A program made the translations under genes and the position numbers. DNA of 64,000 nucleotides from an uncultured Gammaproteobacteria bacterium (GTDB lineage: Bacteria > Pseudomonadota > Gammaproteobacteria > JAURND01), in assembly GCA_963714975.1 (NCBI GenBank), contig CAVQQD010000003.1, positions 192,001 through 256,000 on the forward strand. The letters are read 5' to 3'. Positions 1 through 9,868 of this stretch are shown here, one piece after another (the stretch's first letter is position 1; every line of letters begins with the position of its first letter). The notes beneath the pieces were generated by a model. That model was not told where the DNA came from and made no database searches. It saw nothing but the letters and a program-made list of their open reading frames with translations.

Positions 1-171
1 TCTGTGAACCGTGGCTTTGACCTAGGCAACCGTCAATCCAGAACACAAATAGCACTTTTATTGCGTAGCTTGGATCAAAATCAGGCTTGTCATTTGGCAC
101 AATTATCCAAGGAAGAACAACAGCGTTTTCAGCAAGCTACTGTGCTGTCTGAGTATTGTTTTCAAGAATGA
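1..171 (+). CDS. 3' end of an unidentified CDS (partial, window edge)
   Basis: Frame 1 is open from base 1 to TGA at 169-171 (SVNRGFDLG...SEYCFQE). No family recognised. Confidence 0.5.
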   Translation, partial: SVNRGFDLGNRQSRTQIALLLRSLDQNQACHLAQLSKEEQQRFQQATVLSEYCFQE

Positions 172-175
172 GGAT

Positions 176-265
176 ATGAGTGAGTGCGAAGAGCAAGACC
201 GCATTTTAGTCTTTGGGTCTTTCCATACTGTAGCGCCTGTTTTGGCCCAGCGAGTTAGTACCTAG
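176..265 (+). pseudogene. Orphan C-terminal fragment of folylpolyglutamate synthase (FolC)
   Basis: Translates MSECEEQDRILVFGSFHTVAPVLAQRVST*. D-x-I-L-V-F-G-S-F-H-T-V is the FolC C-terminal motif, and the position upstream of dedD is canonical. The frame is closed upstream. Confidence 0.7.
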
Positions 266-282
266 TGTATGGGCGCTAATAG

Positions 283-1140
283 TGTCAGGTCTGGAGTTAT
301 GTTTAAGCCCCTGGACCTTTTGGGCCAGTCCTATTCACCAAGCTATTAATTTTTTCTTTTGCAACGACAGGAGCGTATTCTGCGCTATGCAGAATTTGAT
401 TTTTGGGTGAAGCAATGGAAGCAATCTGAAGAATATGGTTTTTTGAAAGAATGTCCAGCACATATCGTGCAACAAAAATTGCGTGATTTAGATCGAGCAT
501 TTTCCGATGCATTTGACAAAACGCAGCCAAATAAACGATTACCCCGCTTCAAGAAAAAAGGTCGTCACGATAGTTTTCGATTTCCGGAGCCGAAGCAAAT
601 CGAATTAGAAGGCAACCGTCTGAAATTACCGAAATTAGGTTGGATTCATTTTTACCGAAGCCAGGAGGTCATAGGGGACATACGAAATGTAACGGTATCG
701 CGGCAAGGAAAACATTGGTATATCAGTATCCAAGTACAACAAGACATCTCTTCGCAGTCAACAGCAGTCGATAGCGTAGGTATAGACGCAGGCATTGCAA
801 AATTCGCGACCCTATCCAATGGTGACACTATTGGGATATAAGCTGACGTGGAATGGAGGGATGTTCATTGAAGTATCACCCCACTATACCAGCCAGCGTT
901 GTTCTCATTGTTTGCATGTTGCCAAGGAAAACCGTCAGACCCAAAGTGAATTTGTGTGTGTATCGTGCGGATATGCAGCAAATGCTGACTTGAACGCGGC
1001 GAAAAATATTTTAGCAGCAGGGCATGCTGTGATGGCTCGTGGAGCAAGCGCGTTGGGTGCGGCGTAGAAACGAGAACCTCATACTCGTGGCACAGCCACA
1101 TGTATGGAATCTCCGGCATTTATGCCGGAGAGGATGTCAA
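283..1140 (+). mobile_element. Non-autonomous IS200/IS605-family element (degenerate tnpB, no tnpA)
   Basis: Left-end hairpin AGGTC..GACCT at about 287-318. Right-end hairpin CTCCGGCAT-TT-ATGCCGGAG at 1111-1130, followed by AGGATGTCAA ending in TCAA at 1140. A tnpB remnant lies between them. Confidence 0.85.
359..1067 (+). pseudogene. tnpB: TnpB RNA-guided nuclease, 5'-truncated with an internal deletion/frameshift
   Basis: Has PRFKKKG, LKLPKLGW and RuvC-I GIDAGI, then jumps near 833 to YKL..EVSPHYTSQRCSHC..CVSC..NADLNAAKNI (zinc finger and RuvC-III). The RuvC-II region is absent. Confidence 0.9.
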
Positions 1141-1212
1141 GCCTTGATCCTCTTGAAGAAACAGGCCGCGTGCTTTAGTATTCCTCATATTTCAAATTCT
1201 GGAGGTTTTCTG

Positions 1213-2082
1213 GTGGAATTAAGACTTAAAAAACGCATTGTGGGCATTGCAATACTTTTAGCTATGGGGTTGATTATTATCCCGATGTTTTTCGGTCGCT
1301 CGGTAAACACCGATGAGCTGAAATTATCGGCTCGTATTCCCAATCCGCCGGCCTTGCCAATTAACTTAAATACCCCGATTCCACCGCGGGAAGCGACAGT
1401 ACCTGCTATTACCAAAGAAGCTGTTGCGCCCCCTGCTTCCGCTCCTAAGAATGCTAACATGGCCGAGGACATTATTTTTGAGGAATTAGATTCCACTGGG
1501 TCGACACTCCCTGCTGTAGCTGCCCAAGCTTCACCCACGGTTGCTGCTACAAGCCAGGCTTCTCCCCCAAGTCCTGCTGATTCCACTGCAGCTGCCTTAT
1601 CTCCTGCTCCCGCTGATGCTGCGGCGCCAGCGGGGGCGGGGGTAGCAGTAGTTCCCAAGGCACCCTCAGAAGCTGCGGCTGCCTCTGGTCCGACTCCTTC
1701 AGCATGGGTAGCTTCAGCAGCTCCGGCCGAACCTGTGGCAGTCAGTAAAGGGGCGGCGAAACCAGCTAAGAAGCCAGCAAAATCCGCAGCGGCCGTTGCC
1801 CAGAATAATAACCATACCAAGACTGCAAAACCTACTCCTGTGCCGGATTCTTGGGCTGTGCAGTTAGGGAGTTTTTCTGATAAAGTCAACGCCACAAACT
1901 TAATGCAAAAATTACAAGCCGCTGGCTTTCCCGCCTATATCCATAGCAGTCACACGAGACAGGGAAACTTTATTCGGGTATTGGTGGGTCCGCAATTGCA
2001 TCGAAGTGATGCCGATACTATCCAAAAGCGTTTGCAACGAGAGTTCAGCTTGAAAAGCATCATTGTGAAGGTGAACTCCTAA
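1213..2082 (+). CDS. dedD: Cell division SPOR-domain protein DedD
   Basis: GGAGG RBS then GTG at 1213. N-terminal TM (KKRIVGIAILL), Ala/Pro linker, C-terminal SPOR domain (WAVQLGSF..RVLVGP). Lies upstream of cvpA-purF. Confidence 0.9.
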   Translation: MELRLKKRIVGIAILLAMGLIIIPMFFGRSVNTDELKLSARIPNPPALPINLNTPIPPREATVPAITKEAVAPPASAPKNANMAEDIIFEELDSTGSTLPAVAAQASPTVAATSQASPPSPADSTAAALSPAPADAAAPAGAGVAVVPKAPSEAAAASGPTPSAWVASAAPAEPVAVSKGAAKPAKKPAKSAAAVAQNNNHTKTAKPTPVPDSWAVQLGSFSDKVNATNLMQKLQAAGFPAYIHSSHTRQGNFIRVLVGPQLHRSDADTIQKRLQREFSLKSIIVKVNS

Positions 2083-2709
2083 ATGAATTGGCAAGATTTT
2101 AATTGGATAGATTTTACTATTTTAGGTGTGATTGGCGTTTCTACGTTGGTGAGTTTGGTCCGCGGCTTTGTCCGCGAAGCAATATCTTTAGTGATTTGGG
2201 TCGCTGCTTTTTGGGCGGCCTATCGTTTTTCAGCCCAGTTTGCTACGACCTTTTTAATGAGCATTGATTCGAATAGTGTCCGTTTAATTCTGAGTTTCTT
2301 AATCCTGTTTTTTGGGGTGTTAATTGCTGGGGCGATTGTGAATTACCTGGTGGGAAGTTTAGTGTATAGTACCGGCCTGTCTGGGACGGATCGTGTTTTA
2401 GGTTTAGTATTTGGTTTTACCCGTGGTGGCTTGCTGGTAGCGGTGATTGTCTTAGTGGCTTCTATCACCATGGCAGAAAAAAGCGAGGCCTGGCAACAAT
2501 CGCAATTGCTCCCCCAATTTGAAGGCGTGGCCGAATGGTTAAAAGCCTTGCTGCCGGAAGGTATTGAGCAGCTGAAAGCCTTGCCGGCCCAAAGTGAGAA
2601 AAAATCAGCAGAAATATTGCAAAAAGTTCAGCAGGCTATTCCGCACATTCCTAACTTAAATAACAAACAAACCATTTCTCTGCAATCTCAACTTTCTGGA
2701 GCTAATTAG
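2083..2709 (+). CDS. cvpA: Colicin V production protein CvpA
   Basis: [24 protein letters not shown] motifs; sits between dedD and purF. Confidence 0.95.
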   Translation: MNWQDFNWIDFTILGVIGVSTLVSLVRGFVREAISLVIWVAAFWAAYRFSAQFATTFLMSIDSNSVRLILSFLILFFGVLIAGAIVNYLVGSLVYSTGLSGTDRVLGLVFGFTRGGLLVAVIVLVASITMAEKSEAWQQSQLLPQFEGVAEWLKALLPEGIEQLKALPAQSEKKSAEILQKVQQAIPHIPNLNNKQTISLQSQLSGAN

Positions 2710-2710
2710 T

Positions 2711-4207
2711 ATGTGTGGTGTGGTCGGTGTTGTTGCTCAGGAACCTGTAAACCAGCTCATTTATGAAAGCTTAATGGTGCTACAACACCGTGGTCAAGAT
2801 GCTGCTGGTATTATGACTTGCCACCAGGGAAAGGTTTTTTTGCGAAAAGACAATGGATTAGTCCGGGATGTCATTCGGCCGGATGATATGCTCCGCCTGG
2901 AGGGCTCGATGGGAATCGGGCATGTGCGCTATCCCACCGCCGGTTCGTCCAGTGCTGCCGAAGCACAGCCCTTGTATGTGAATTCTCCTTATGGACTCAG
3001 CATTGCTCACAATGGCAACCTCACCAATTCTGATGTTATTCGACGTAATTTGCTGGCCATGGATCGGCGGCACCTTAATACCGACTCTGATTCTGAAGTC
3101 TTACTGAATGTCTTGGCTCATGAACTACAAGAATTAGGCAAAGCAGAACTAACCGCACAAGATATTTTTCAAGCCATGCAAGGTGTGTATCAGCGCTGCC
3201 AAGGAGCTTATGCCGCTATTGTGTTGATTGCTGGCGTGGGGATGGTGGGTTTCCGCGATCCTAATGGGATTCGCCCCTTAGTTTTGGGTCGTCGGCAAGC
3301 AGCCGGTGGGCGAGAGGAGTATATGTTGGCCTCCGAAAGTGTCGCTTTGGATGCAGTCGGTTTTCAGCTGGTGCGAGATGTGTTGCCCGGGGAGGCAATA
3401 TTTATTAATGCTCAGGGACAACTTTGGGAGCAAATATGTACCAACGATACCCAATATACTCCTTGTTTATTTGAGTATGTGTATTTCGCCCGCCCTGATT
3501 CGATGATTAATAACGTGTTAGTTTATAAGTTTCGCCTGTTCTTGGGGCAAAAATTGGCGGAGAAAATTCGTCGGGAATTTCCTGAGCATGATATTGAGGT
3601 AGTCATCCCGATTCCAGATACTAGTCGTAGCGCCGCCTTATCTTTGGCTCAGGCTTTAGGGTTAAAGTATCGGGAGGGCTTCGTCAAAAATCGCTATGTT
3701 GGCCGTACTTTCATTATGCCGGGCCAGGCCCAGCGACAAAAATCCGTAAGACAAAAGCTAAATGCGATTGGCCTTGAGTTTCAGGGTAAAAACGTGCTGC
3801 TAGTTGATGATTCTATTGTGCGTGGTACTACCTCAAAGGAAATTATTCAGATGGCGCGAGATGCTGGGGCGCGGAAGGTGTATTTTGCTTCTGCTGCTCC
3901 TGAAATTCGCTATCCCAACGTCTATGGGATTGATATGCCGGCTGCCAATGAGCTGATTGCTCATGACCGGGATGTGCAGCAAATAGCAGAAAAAATAGGG
4001 GCGGATTGGCTGGTGTTTCAGGATTTATCGGCCCTGCATGAAGCCGTTGCTGAGGGGAACCCTGATATCAAACATTTTGAAGAATCCATATTTACCGGCC
4101 ATTATATTACCGATGTGACCCCGGAATATTTGTCGGCATTAGAGCAGCGCCGTAATGATCGGGCTAAACGTCAAGCCCAGTTTAATAGTCGAGCGCAAAT
4201 TGTTTAA
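2711..4207 (+). CDS. purF: Amidophosphoribosyltransferase
   Basis: MCG N-terminal nucleophile, [10 protein letters not shown], and [14 protein letters not shown]-binding motif. Confidence 0.98.
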   Translation: MCGVVGVVAQEPVNQLIYESLMVLQHRGQDAAGIMTCHQGKVFLRKDNGLVRDVIRPDDMLRLEGSMGIGHVRYPTAGSSSAAEAQPLYVNSPYGLSIAHNGNLTNSDVIRRNLLAMDRRHLNTDSDSEVLLNVLAHELQELGKAELTAQDIFQAMQGVYQRCQGAYAAIVLIAGVGMVGFRDPNGIRPLVLGRRQAAGGREEYMLASESVALDAVGFQLVRDVLPGEAIFINAQGQLWEQICTNDTQYTPCLFEYVYFARPDSMINNVLVYKFRLFLGQKLAEKIRREFPEHDIEVVIPIPDTSRSAALSLAQALGLKYREGFVKNRYVGRTFIMPGQAQRQKSVRQKLNAIGLEFQGKNVLLVDDSIVRGTTSKEIIQMARDAGARKVYFASAAPEIRYPNVYGIDMPAANELIAHDRDVQQIAEKIGADWLVFQDLSALHEAVAEGNPDIKHFEESIFTGHYITDVTPEYLSALEQRRNDRAKRQAQFNSRAQIV

Positions 4208-4272
4208 ATCTACCATGCTATTCGATTATTTTTGTGGTAAAATCTAAAAAATTAACCTAAAAGGAGTGTTTT

Positions 4273-4833
4273 ATGGCCCTTACCTATTCAAAGCCTATGG
4301 CGCTAGGAACCCAAGCCCCATCCTTCCAATTGCCTGATACGATCTCAGGCCAAATGCGATCTTTGGAGCAGGTTCAAGGCCAGGATATCACCGTAGTCAT
4401 GTTTATCTGCAATCACTGCCCTTTTGTACAGCATGTCGAGCACGAACTTGCTGCGTTGGCGAAAGAATATCAAGCCAAAGGAGTCGCATTTGTTGCTATT
4501 AGCTCTAACGATGTCAGTACCTATCCACAAGATGCCCCTGAGCAAATGAAGCAGCGGGCTGAGGCTGTGGGATATTCCTTTCCCTACCTCTATGACGAAT
4601 CCCAAGCCGTAGCCAAAGCCTATGGGGCGGAATGTACTCCGGAATTTTTTGCATTTCAAAAGCTCAATTGTATTTACCATGGACGTTTAGATGACTCAAG
4701 CCCTAGTAGGGGAGAGGTGTCTGGCAGAGATTTGCGGGCAGCATTAGATGCGGCTTTAGCCGGTCAACCACCGGTGGAACCGCAATATTCGAGTATGGGT
4801 TGTAATATTAAGTGGAAAGAGGAGCATAAATGA
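4273..4833 (+). CDS. Thioredoxin-family (AhpC/TSA-like) protein
   Basis: FICNHCPFV, YPQDAPE, CTPEFF and C-terminal SMGCNIKW. Confidence 0.9.
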   Translation: MALTYSKPMALGTQAPSFQLPDTISGQMRSLEQVQGQDITVVMFICNHCPFVQHVEHELAALAKEYQAKGVAFVAISSNDVSTYPQDAPEQMKQRAEAVGYSFPYLYDESQAVAKAYGAECTPEFFAFQKLNCIYHGRLDDSSPSRGEVSGRDLRAALDAALAGQPPVEPQYSSMGCNIKWKEEHK

Positions 4834-5522
4834 CGATAGCAATCATTGGTGCAATGAGTGAAGAAATTGATATCTTACAAAAAATTCTTCATCTCAATAA
4901 TCATTATTTTTTATTAGATCATATTGATTTTTTCCAGGGAACTATTCAAGGGGAAGAAATTTTGCTGGTACGCTCAGGGATCGGCAAAGTAAGTGCCGCG
5001 ACAGCAACAACTGTAGTCGCCGAGCGCTATAAACCCCGATGTATTATTAATGTAGGCATTTTGGGCGCTTTGCGTGCCGATGTGCTACCAAGCAGCCTAA
5101 TTTTACCGAAATATTTTGTGTATCATGATGTGGATGTGACTTCCTATGGTTATCGCTATGGGCAAGTTCCTAAGTTTCCAGAGACCTTTGCCCCGAATGA
5201 ACGGCTGCAAAATCTTTTTGAGAAATTGGCAGGTACTTTAGGATTAACTTTTTACATTGGACCGGTGTTAACTGGAGATCGTTTTGTTGATAGTGCTGAA
5301 GAAATTGCCATCATGAAACAATACGTCTCGGATGCGATTGGGGTTGAGATGGAATCGACAGCCATTGCCCAAGTGGCTTATTTATATGAAATACCGATGG
5401 GATGTATTCGCTCCGTGAGTGATTTTGCTAATGAAGAATCGGTGCAAGTCTCTGAACAAAATTTAGTGGCAGGCACTGAAAATGTAGCTAAATTGTTACT
5501 GGCAAGTATTGGTTCGATTTAA
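4830..5522 (+). CDS. mtnN: 5'-methylthioadenosine/S-adenosylhomocysteine nucleosidase
   Basis: IAIIGAMSEE, SGIGKV, VEMESTAIAQV and IRSVSD motifs. Confidence 0.92.
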   Translation: MTIAIIGAMSEEIDILQKILHLNNHYFLLDHIDFFQGTIQGEEILLVRSGIGKVSAATATTVVAERYKPRCIINVGILGALRADVLPSSLILPKYFVYHDVDVTSYGYRYGQVPKFPETFAPNERLQNLFEKLAGTLGLTFYIGPVLTGDRFVDSAEEIAIMKQYVSDAIGVEMESTAIAQVAYLYEIPMGCIRSVSDFANEESVQVSEQNLVAGTENVAKLLLASIGSI

Positions 5523-5543
5523 AACCACGCGATGAATTAAGTA

Positions 5544-7424
5544 ATGTCTGAACAAAAAATAACTCGAATTAAGCAATTGGTGCCAAGAATATCTGGTGTT
5601 AGTTTGTTAACGCAATATGAGCAAGCTATCCCCCAAGGATTGCAGCCTATACCCTCGGAGCGTAAGGAGGGGGAGGAGCATTTCGGGACGGTTTATAAAA
5701 CCAGCACCTTTATGTCATTCCCTAATGGTGACTATAGAGGTCCAGATTCCAATGAATTGGATGATTATGCCGTGACTGGCTATACAAGCTTAGGTTTGCC
5801 TTTCCATATTAATTTGGATGGTTATCATGGGGCGATGGTCGATCCTGCGGTGATTGCAAAATTTGCCCATGAGCAAATTATTCCGCTGATGGATGTGTAT
5901 GCGATCAAGCTTAGTGCTGCCGGGTTGAATTCTGAAGCAATTATGCGGCAGCTGATTGCAGATATTGAGCAAGCACGCCAAGCTCAGATCCAAAAGAATC
6001 CGAGCCTTGCATTTGTGTTACGGTTTACTCTCTCCTTGGGCATTGGTTATCAGTTAGAAGACCGGCAATATTATGCAGGTTTTGGTATTGGTGATGTGGG
6101 TTTAATACTGCATAGGGTAAATGAGAGCAAATCTGAGGTTCTCACGTATCGCACCGTTCCACAAGGTCCTACGGTCAAAGTACATAAGGATGGTTTTGAT
6201 GATGTGATGCAGCAAGAGCAGCAACCTATTTTAGCCCGTGCTGATTTTTTCAATGTGCCGGTTGGGCTAGGCGATGAATCTTTTGGTTACACTTCAGTAT
6301 TGCCAGAATTTGAAGACAAGCCAATAATCACTCAGGAGGCAAGGAAATATAGCTTAAATTCTGAGGCAGTGGAAAGTAAAGGTTCTCTTTTAGAAACTGT
6401 TTTTACCAAAAACCAAGAAAATTATACTAAGATTCTTGCCCAAGCTTCTGAAGTGGCAAAAGAAGCAAAGCGAAACTATCTTGAATTAAATGCTAACTAT
6501 TGCTCATTCAAAGAGCAATTTGGTGAAAAGGATTTAAGAACTAAGAGCGTGGAGGGTAATTTACGTAACTTTCCCTTTGTAAGATATGGCGATGATTGCA
6601 CGATGAGCGCCATTCATTTTCCATCCGTAGATAAGCAACAAGCGATTCAAGACGAAATTTATCAGGAAATTTCCGAACACTTAGCAAGGCGGCCGCTTTC
6701 TGAGTTTAGAACCCAAAATGTACAGCTTATTCGTACTCAACTGGAACAAAGTCTTTGCGCTCCTAAACCTAAAGCTAAATCATTAAAGATTCGGATATTG
6801 GCCGCTACTTACTCGGTTCTGGTTGATGCAACTTATGAAAATATCCAACAGTATTTGCATTTTTCAAAGAAAATAGATCAAGTTTCCAAGGATCTAGGCC
6901 AAAGTATGTCGAGGCTAGGATCAGGGTTGATTGCTGGTGGGGCTTTAATCTCAGTTCCCCAGGATGTTTGTCAAGAAGTTGATAGGCGGCTACAGGAGAA
7001 AAAGGGCAACTTACGTCTAGTTGCTATCCAAAGTCATTTGCAGCAAATTCAAGATGAGCCATCAAAAATTTTGGTAACTATGGCTACTGATGAAGTTTTG
7101 ACCAAACCAACATCTGAAAATATTCAAACATATATAGCCTATGCCCGGGTGGTAAATGGAGGACCTTCGATTGTTTGGAAAGGTTTGGGTGCAAGTATGA
7201 TCGCTTTGGGTTCGGGGCTAATTCCAGCTGGCGCCTTAGCTTTAGAAGGACGAATTTTGGAAGGCATGGAAAATATTGATGTTATCAGTGCAAGTGCGAT
7301 TGCTGTTGGTGGGATAGCGGTTATATTAGGTGCAGTGGGAATGTTCTATGGGAGGCAAAAAGGATTATCAAAAGAAATGCGGGAGTTAGGAGAATCTATC
7401 CAGCCAATTGTTTCCAAAGGCTAA
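5544..7424 (+). CDS. Effector-like protein: divergent PP2C/PPM-like N-terminal domain and C-terminal membrane hairpin
   Basis: 626-aa ORF with LDGYHG, GIGDVG and GDDCT motifs, a duplicated C-terminal module and two terminal hydrophobic helices. Confidence 0.6.
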   Translation: MSEQKITRIKQLVPRISGVSLLTQYEQAIPQGLQPIPSERKEGEEHFGTVYKTSTFMSFPNGDYRGPDSNELDDYAVTGYTSLGLPFHINLDGYHGAMVDPAVIAKFAHEQIIPLMDVYAIKLSAAGLNSEAIMRQLIADIEQARQAQIQKNPSLAFVLRFTLSLGIGYQLEDRQYYAGFGIGDVGLILHRVNESKSEVLTYRTVPQGPTVKVHKDGFDDVMQQEQQPILARADFFNVPVGLGDESFGYTSVLPEFEDKPIITQEARKYSLNSEAVESKGSLLETVFTKNQENYTKILAQASEVAKEAKRNYLELNANYCSFKEQFGEKDLRTKSVEGNLRNFPFVRYGDDCTMSAIHFPSVDKQQAIQDEIYQEISEHLARRPLSEFRTQNVQLIRTQLEQSLCAPKPKAKSLKIRILAATYSVLVDATYENIQQYLHFSKKIDQVSKDLGQSMSRLGSGLIAGGALISVPQDVCQEVDRRLQEKKGNLRLVAIQSHLQQIQDEPSKILVTMATDEVLTKPTSENIQTYIAYARVVNGGPSIVWKGLGASMIALGSGLIPAGALALEGRILEGMENIDVISASAIAVGGIAVILGAVGMFYGRQKGLSKEMRELGESIQPIVSKG

Positions 7425-7530
7425 TTCAAAATAGGTTGAGTGATTCAAGATATGAGATTTGATTGGGTAATAGTCGGCATCTGCGGTATTATCTTGCCCC
7501 GTCATTATTTATTTATTGAGGAGATTAATT

Positions 7531-7818
7531 ATGGCTATGGCTACTAATAATGAACAACGCCCGAGCTATACTGGAGTGATGTTCTTGTTTGGATTGTTAG
7601 GGTTTGTTGGAGGAGGTGCGGGGGGAGCCACTGGAGGAGCTCTTATCGCTAGGTCAATGGGCCAAGGAGCGGATGGTCAATTCCTCGGGGGCATGGTTTT
7701 TGCACTTATGGGTGCCGTAATATGTACGGCAATAACGGTAGGGGTACTCAGCTGTATATTGTATCCTCGCCAGTCTTACGCAGCAGAAAATAAAGATTTG
7801 ACACCCATGGGGCGGTAG
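7531..7818 (+). CDS. Small glycine-zipper membrane protein (paralog 1)
   Basis: GAGGAG RBS then ATG at 7531; two Gly-rich hydrophobic helices. Confidence 0.75.
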   Translation: MAMATNNEQRPSYTGVMFLFGLLGFVGGGAGGATGGALIARSMGQGADGQFLGGMVFALMGAVICTAITVGVLSCILYPRQSYAAENKDLTPMGR

Positions 7819-7830
7819 AGGAGATTAATT

Positions 7831-8121
7831 ATGGCTAATGAACAGCAACCCAACTCCAAGCATAATGAGACCAATGCTGGAATAATGTTCCTATTTTGTT
7901 TGATGGGGCTTTGTGGAGGAGGCGCGGGGGGAGCTATTGGGGGAGCTACTTGGGCTAGTTCAATGGGCGCAGGAGCGGATGATCAATTTATTATGGGTGG
8001 AACTTTTGCCTTTTTGGGGGCCATGGTGGGTGTTTTAATACTGGCAGCGCTTGGATCTATGGTTGACCGTGCGTTGAGCCCTTGTCTCAATGATTTGACA
8101 TCCACGTCCCAACTTAGATAA
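7831..8121 (+). CDS. Small glycine-zipper membrane protein (paralog 2)
   Basis: Same leader GAGGAGATTAATTATGGCTA, 300 bp after paralog 1; shares GGGAGGA.GGA..A.SMG.GAD.QF. Confidence 0.75.
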   Translation: MANEQQPNSKHNETNAGIMFLFCLMGLCGGGAGGAIGGATWASSMGAGADDQFIMGGTFAFLGAMVGVLILAALGSMVDRALSPCLNDLTSTSQLR

Positions 8122-8139
8122 AATCACCCCCTTAACTTT

Positions 8140-8200
8140 TTTCCTTGCCTCGCCTTATTAGGAAACCAATAGCGGGTGGGCATTAAACCATAAGGAACCA
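8140..8200 (+). promoter_or_regulatory. Probable S6:S18 ribosomal-protein leader RNA
   Basis: TTCCTT can pair with the rpsF SD region (AAGGAA), enclosing a GCCTCGCC/GGGTGGGC stem and a CCA next to the SD. Lies directly upstream of rpsF. Confidence 0.55.
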
Positions 8201-8202
8201 CT

Positions 8203-8589
8203 ATGCGACATTACGAAATTGTACTGCTTATTCATCCTGATCAAAGTGAGCAAGTCCCTGCTATGCTCAAACGCTATAAAACCATGGTTAAAGACAGCGG
8301 GGGAGATATTCACCGGCTTGAAGATTGGGGCAGACGGCAGCTAGCCTACCCAATTCGCAAAGTTCACAAGGCGCACTATATATTGCTCAACCTGGAATGC
8401 AGCAAGCCTATTCTCGATGAATTGGTGACTACGTTCCGGTACAACGATGCTATTATCCGGCATTTGATTTTAAATCGTGACCGTGCAATAACCGAAGCTT
8501 CCCCGATGGTCTCAGAATCCTCTCAGAAGAAAGTGGCTCGTGAAGCTGAAAAAGAGGCAGATTCATTGGATGAAGAAGCTGCCGAATAA
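8203..8589 (+). CDS. rpsF: 30S ribosomal protein S6
   Basis: [22 protein letters not shown]. Confidence 0.98.
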   Translation: MRHYEIVLLIHPDQSEQVPAMLKRYKTMVKDSGGDIHRLEDWGRRQLAYPIRKVHKAHYILLNLECSKPILDELVTTFRYNDAIIRHLILNRDRAITEASPMVSESSQKKVAREAEKEADSLDEEAAE

Positions 8590-8622
8590 GCCAATCTAAA
8601 TATTGAGTTAGAGGAGTGAATT

Positions 8623-8847
8623 GTGTCTAATTATTTTCGAAGAAAAAAGTTTTGTCGTTTTACTGCAGAAGAAGCCAAGGAAATTGATTACAAAGACCTG
8701 ACAGTGCTGGCAAATTATATAATGGAGTCAGGTCGAATTGTGCCTAGTCGTATTACTGGCACTCATGCGCGTTATCAGCGGATGCTTGCAAAAGCGATTA
8801 AATTAGCGCGTTATTTGGCGTTATTACCTTATTGCGATCGTCATTAA
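8623..8847 (+). CDS. rpsR: 30S ribosomal protein S18
   Basis: [31 protein letters not shown]. Confidence 0.98.
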   Translation: MSNYFRRKKFCRFTAEEAKEIDYKDLTVLANYIMESGRIVPSRITGTHARYQRMLAKAIKLARYLALLPYCDRH

Positions 8848-8852
8848 CAAGG

Positions 8853-8929
8853 GTAACTATTCGCCACATTGCCAAAGTTGGCAAAAATAGGCCATAGATG
8901 CCTGTTTCTATCCTGTGCTGAATGGTTAC
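8853..8929. mobile_element. MITE with GTAAC-type terminal inverted repeats (cargo type A)
   Basis: GTAACTATTC...GAATGGTTAC ends and an internal TTGCCAAAGTTGGCAA palindrome; homologous to the inverted copy at 46181-46239. Confidence 0.7.
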
Positions 8930-8956
8930 GGTTTTTTCTTGTAAGAGCAGTTGCAT

Positions 8957-9862
8957 ATGTTAAGAAGCTTGGGTTTGTATTTAACGAAAAATCGGCATAA
9001 TGCGATATGGGTTGCTTTTGTCTGTGCAGTATTACCTTTTTTCCTGGGGTTAATCACCAATTGGATTAGCTTTGTCATCGTTGGATTGATTACTCTGAAA
9101 AAAGGTATTCGGGAAGGGGCTTGGGTTTTAGTATGGGTTGCTCTTCCTGCGGTAGTGATGTGTTTTTTGGGAAATCCCTCCCTATTGATTAGTGTAGTAG
9201 TATTCCGCGGTGTGATGATATGCCTCTTGGCTTATCTGTTAAGCCGTACAGCCTCTTGGGCCATGGTGATGCAAGTAGCCGCATTGCTGGGGATTATTGG
9301 GGTTTGCTTGTTGCACGCATTCATTCCCGATGTTGCTGGGTGGTGGATGCAACAGCTGCAGGCCTATTGGGAAGGTCTTGTTCAGTTATTTGGTGCTCAT
9401 TCGGCCTCACTGCAAGCCAGGGAAGTGTTGTACCTAGCAGTGCAGTTTGCTAGTGGGATTTGTGTCGCTGTTTTGCTGAGTTTTGATTTACTGTTATTAG
9501 TTTTAGCGCGAGGATGGGAGTCTGCTTTATTTAACCCAAAAGGCTTAGCGAAAGAATTAAGTCAATTGCGCATGGGTTATGCGGTTAGTGTCTTAGCATT
9601 GTTTTGTATTGTTGTTGCGTTCTTGGGTTCTCCTTTAGCTAGGGACATTTTGCCCATTTTCCTCATGCTTTATGCCGCTGCTGGGCTGAGTTTAATCCAT
9701 AGTAAGTTTGCAGCAAAAAAAGACATACGCTTGCCTTTATTAGTAGGGCTTTATTGTTTCTTGGCGTTATTTTTGCCCTACATGCTTTTAGCATTGGGAG
9801 CAGTAGGTTTTATTGACAGTTGGCTAGATTTTCGTGGCAAGCCTTTTTTATTAAGAGGATAG
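8957..9862 (+). CDS. YybS/DUF2232-like membrane protein
   Basis: Polytopic membrane protein ending G.IDSWLDFR, in the usual position between rpsR and rplI. Confidence 0.75.
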   Translation: MLRSLGLYLTKNRHNAIWVAFVCAVLPFFLGLITNWISFVIVGLITLKKGIREGAWVLVWVALPAVVMCFLGNPSLLISVVVFRGVMICLLAYLLSRTASWAMVMQVAALLGIIGVCLLHAFIPDVAGWWMQQLQAYWEGLVQLFGAHSASLQAREVLYLAVQFASGICVAVLLSFDLLLLVLARGWESALFNPKGLAKELSQLRMGYAVSVLALFCIVVAFLGSPLARDILPIFLMLYAAAGLSLIHSKFAAKKDIRLPLLVGLYCFLALFLPYMLLALGAVGFIDSWLDFRGKPFLLRG

Positions 9863-9868
9863 GAAAAA

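Noticed and set aside
1039-1212. 58-aa N-terminal extension of DedD in the ORF track
   Set aside because: It runs through the IS605 right end. A strong GGAGG RBS and GTG at 1213 give a normal DedD start.
1185-1895. 236-aa antisense ORF, and similar shadow ORFs (e.g. 12023-12490, 41057-41632, 59751-60218)
   Set aside because: They lie opposite or across well-supported genes, arise from Ala/Pro codon bias or stop-poor palindromes, and show no family motifs.
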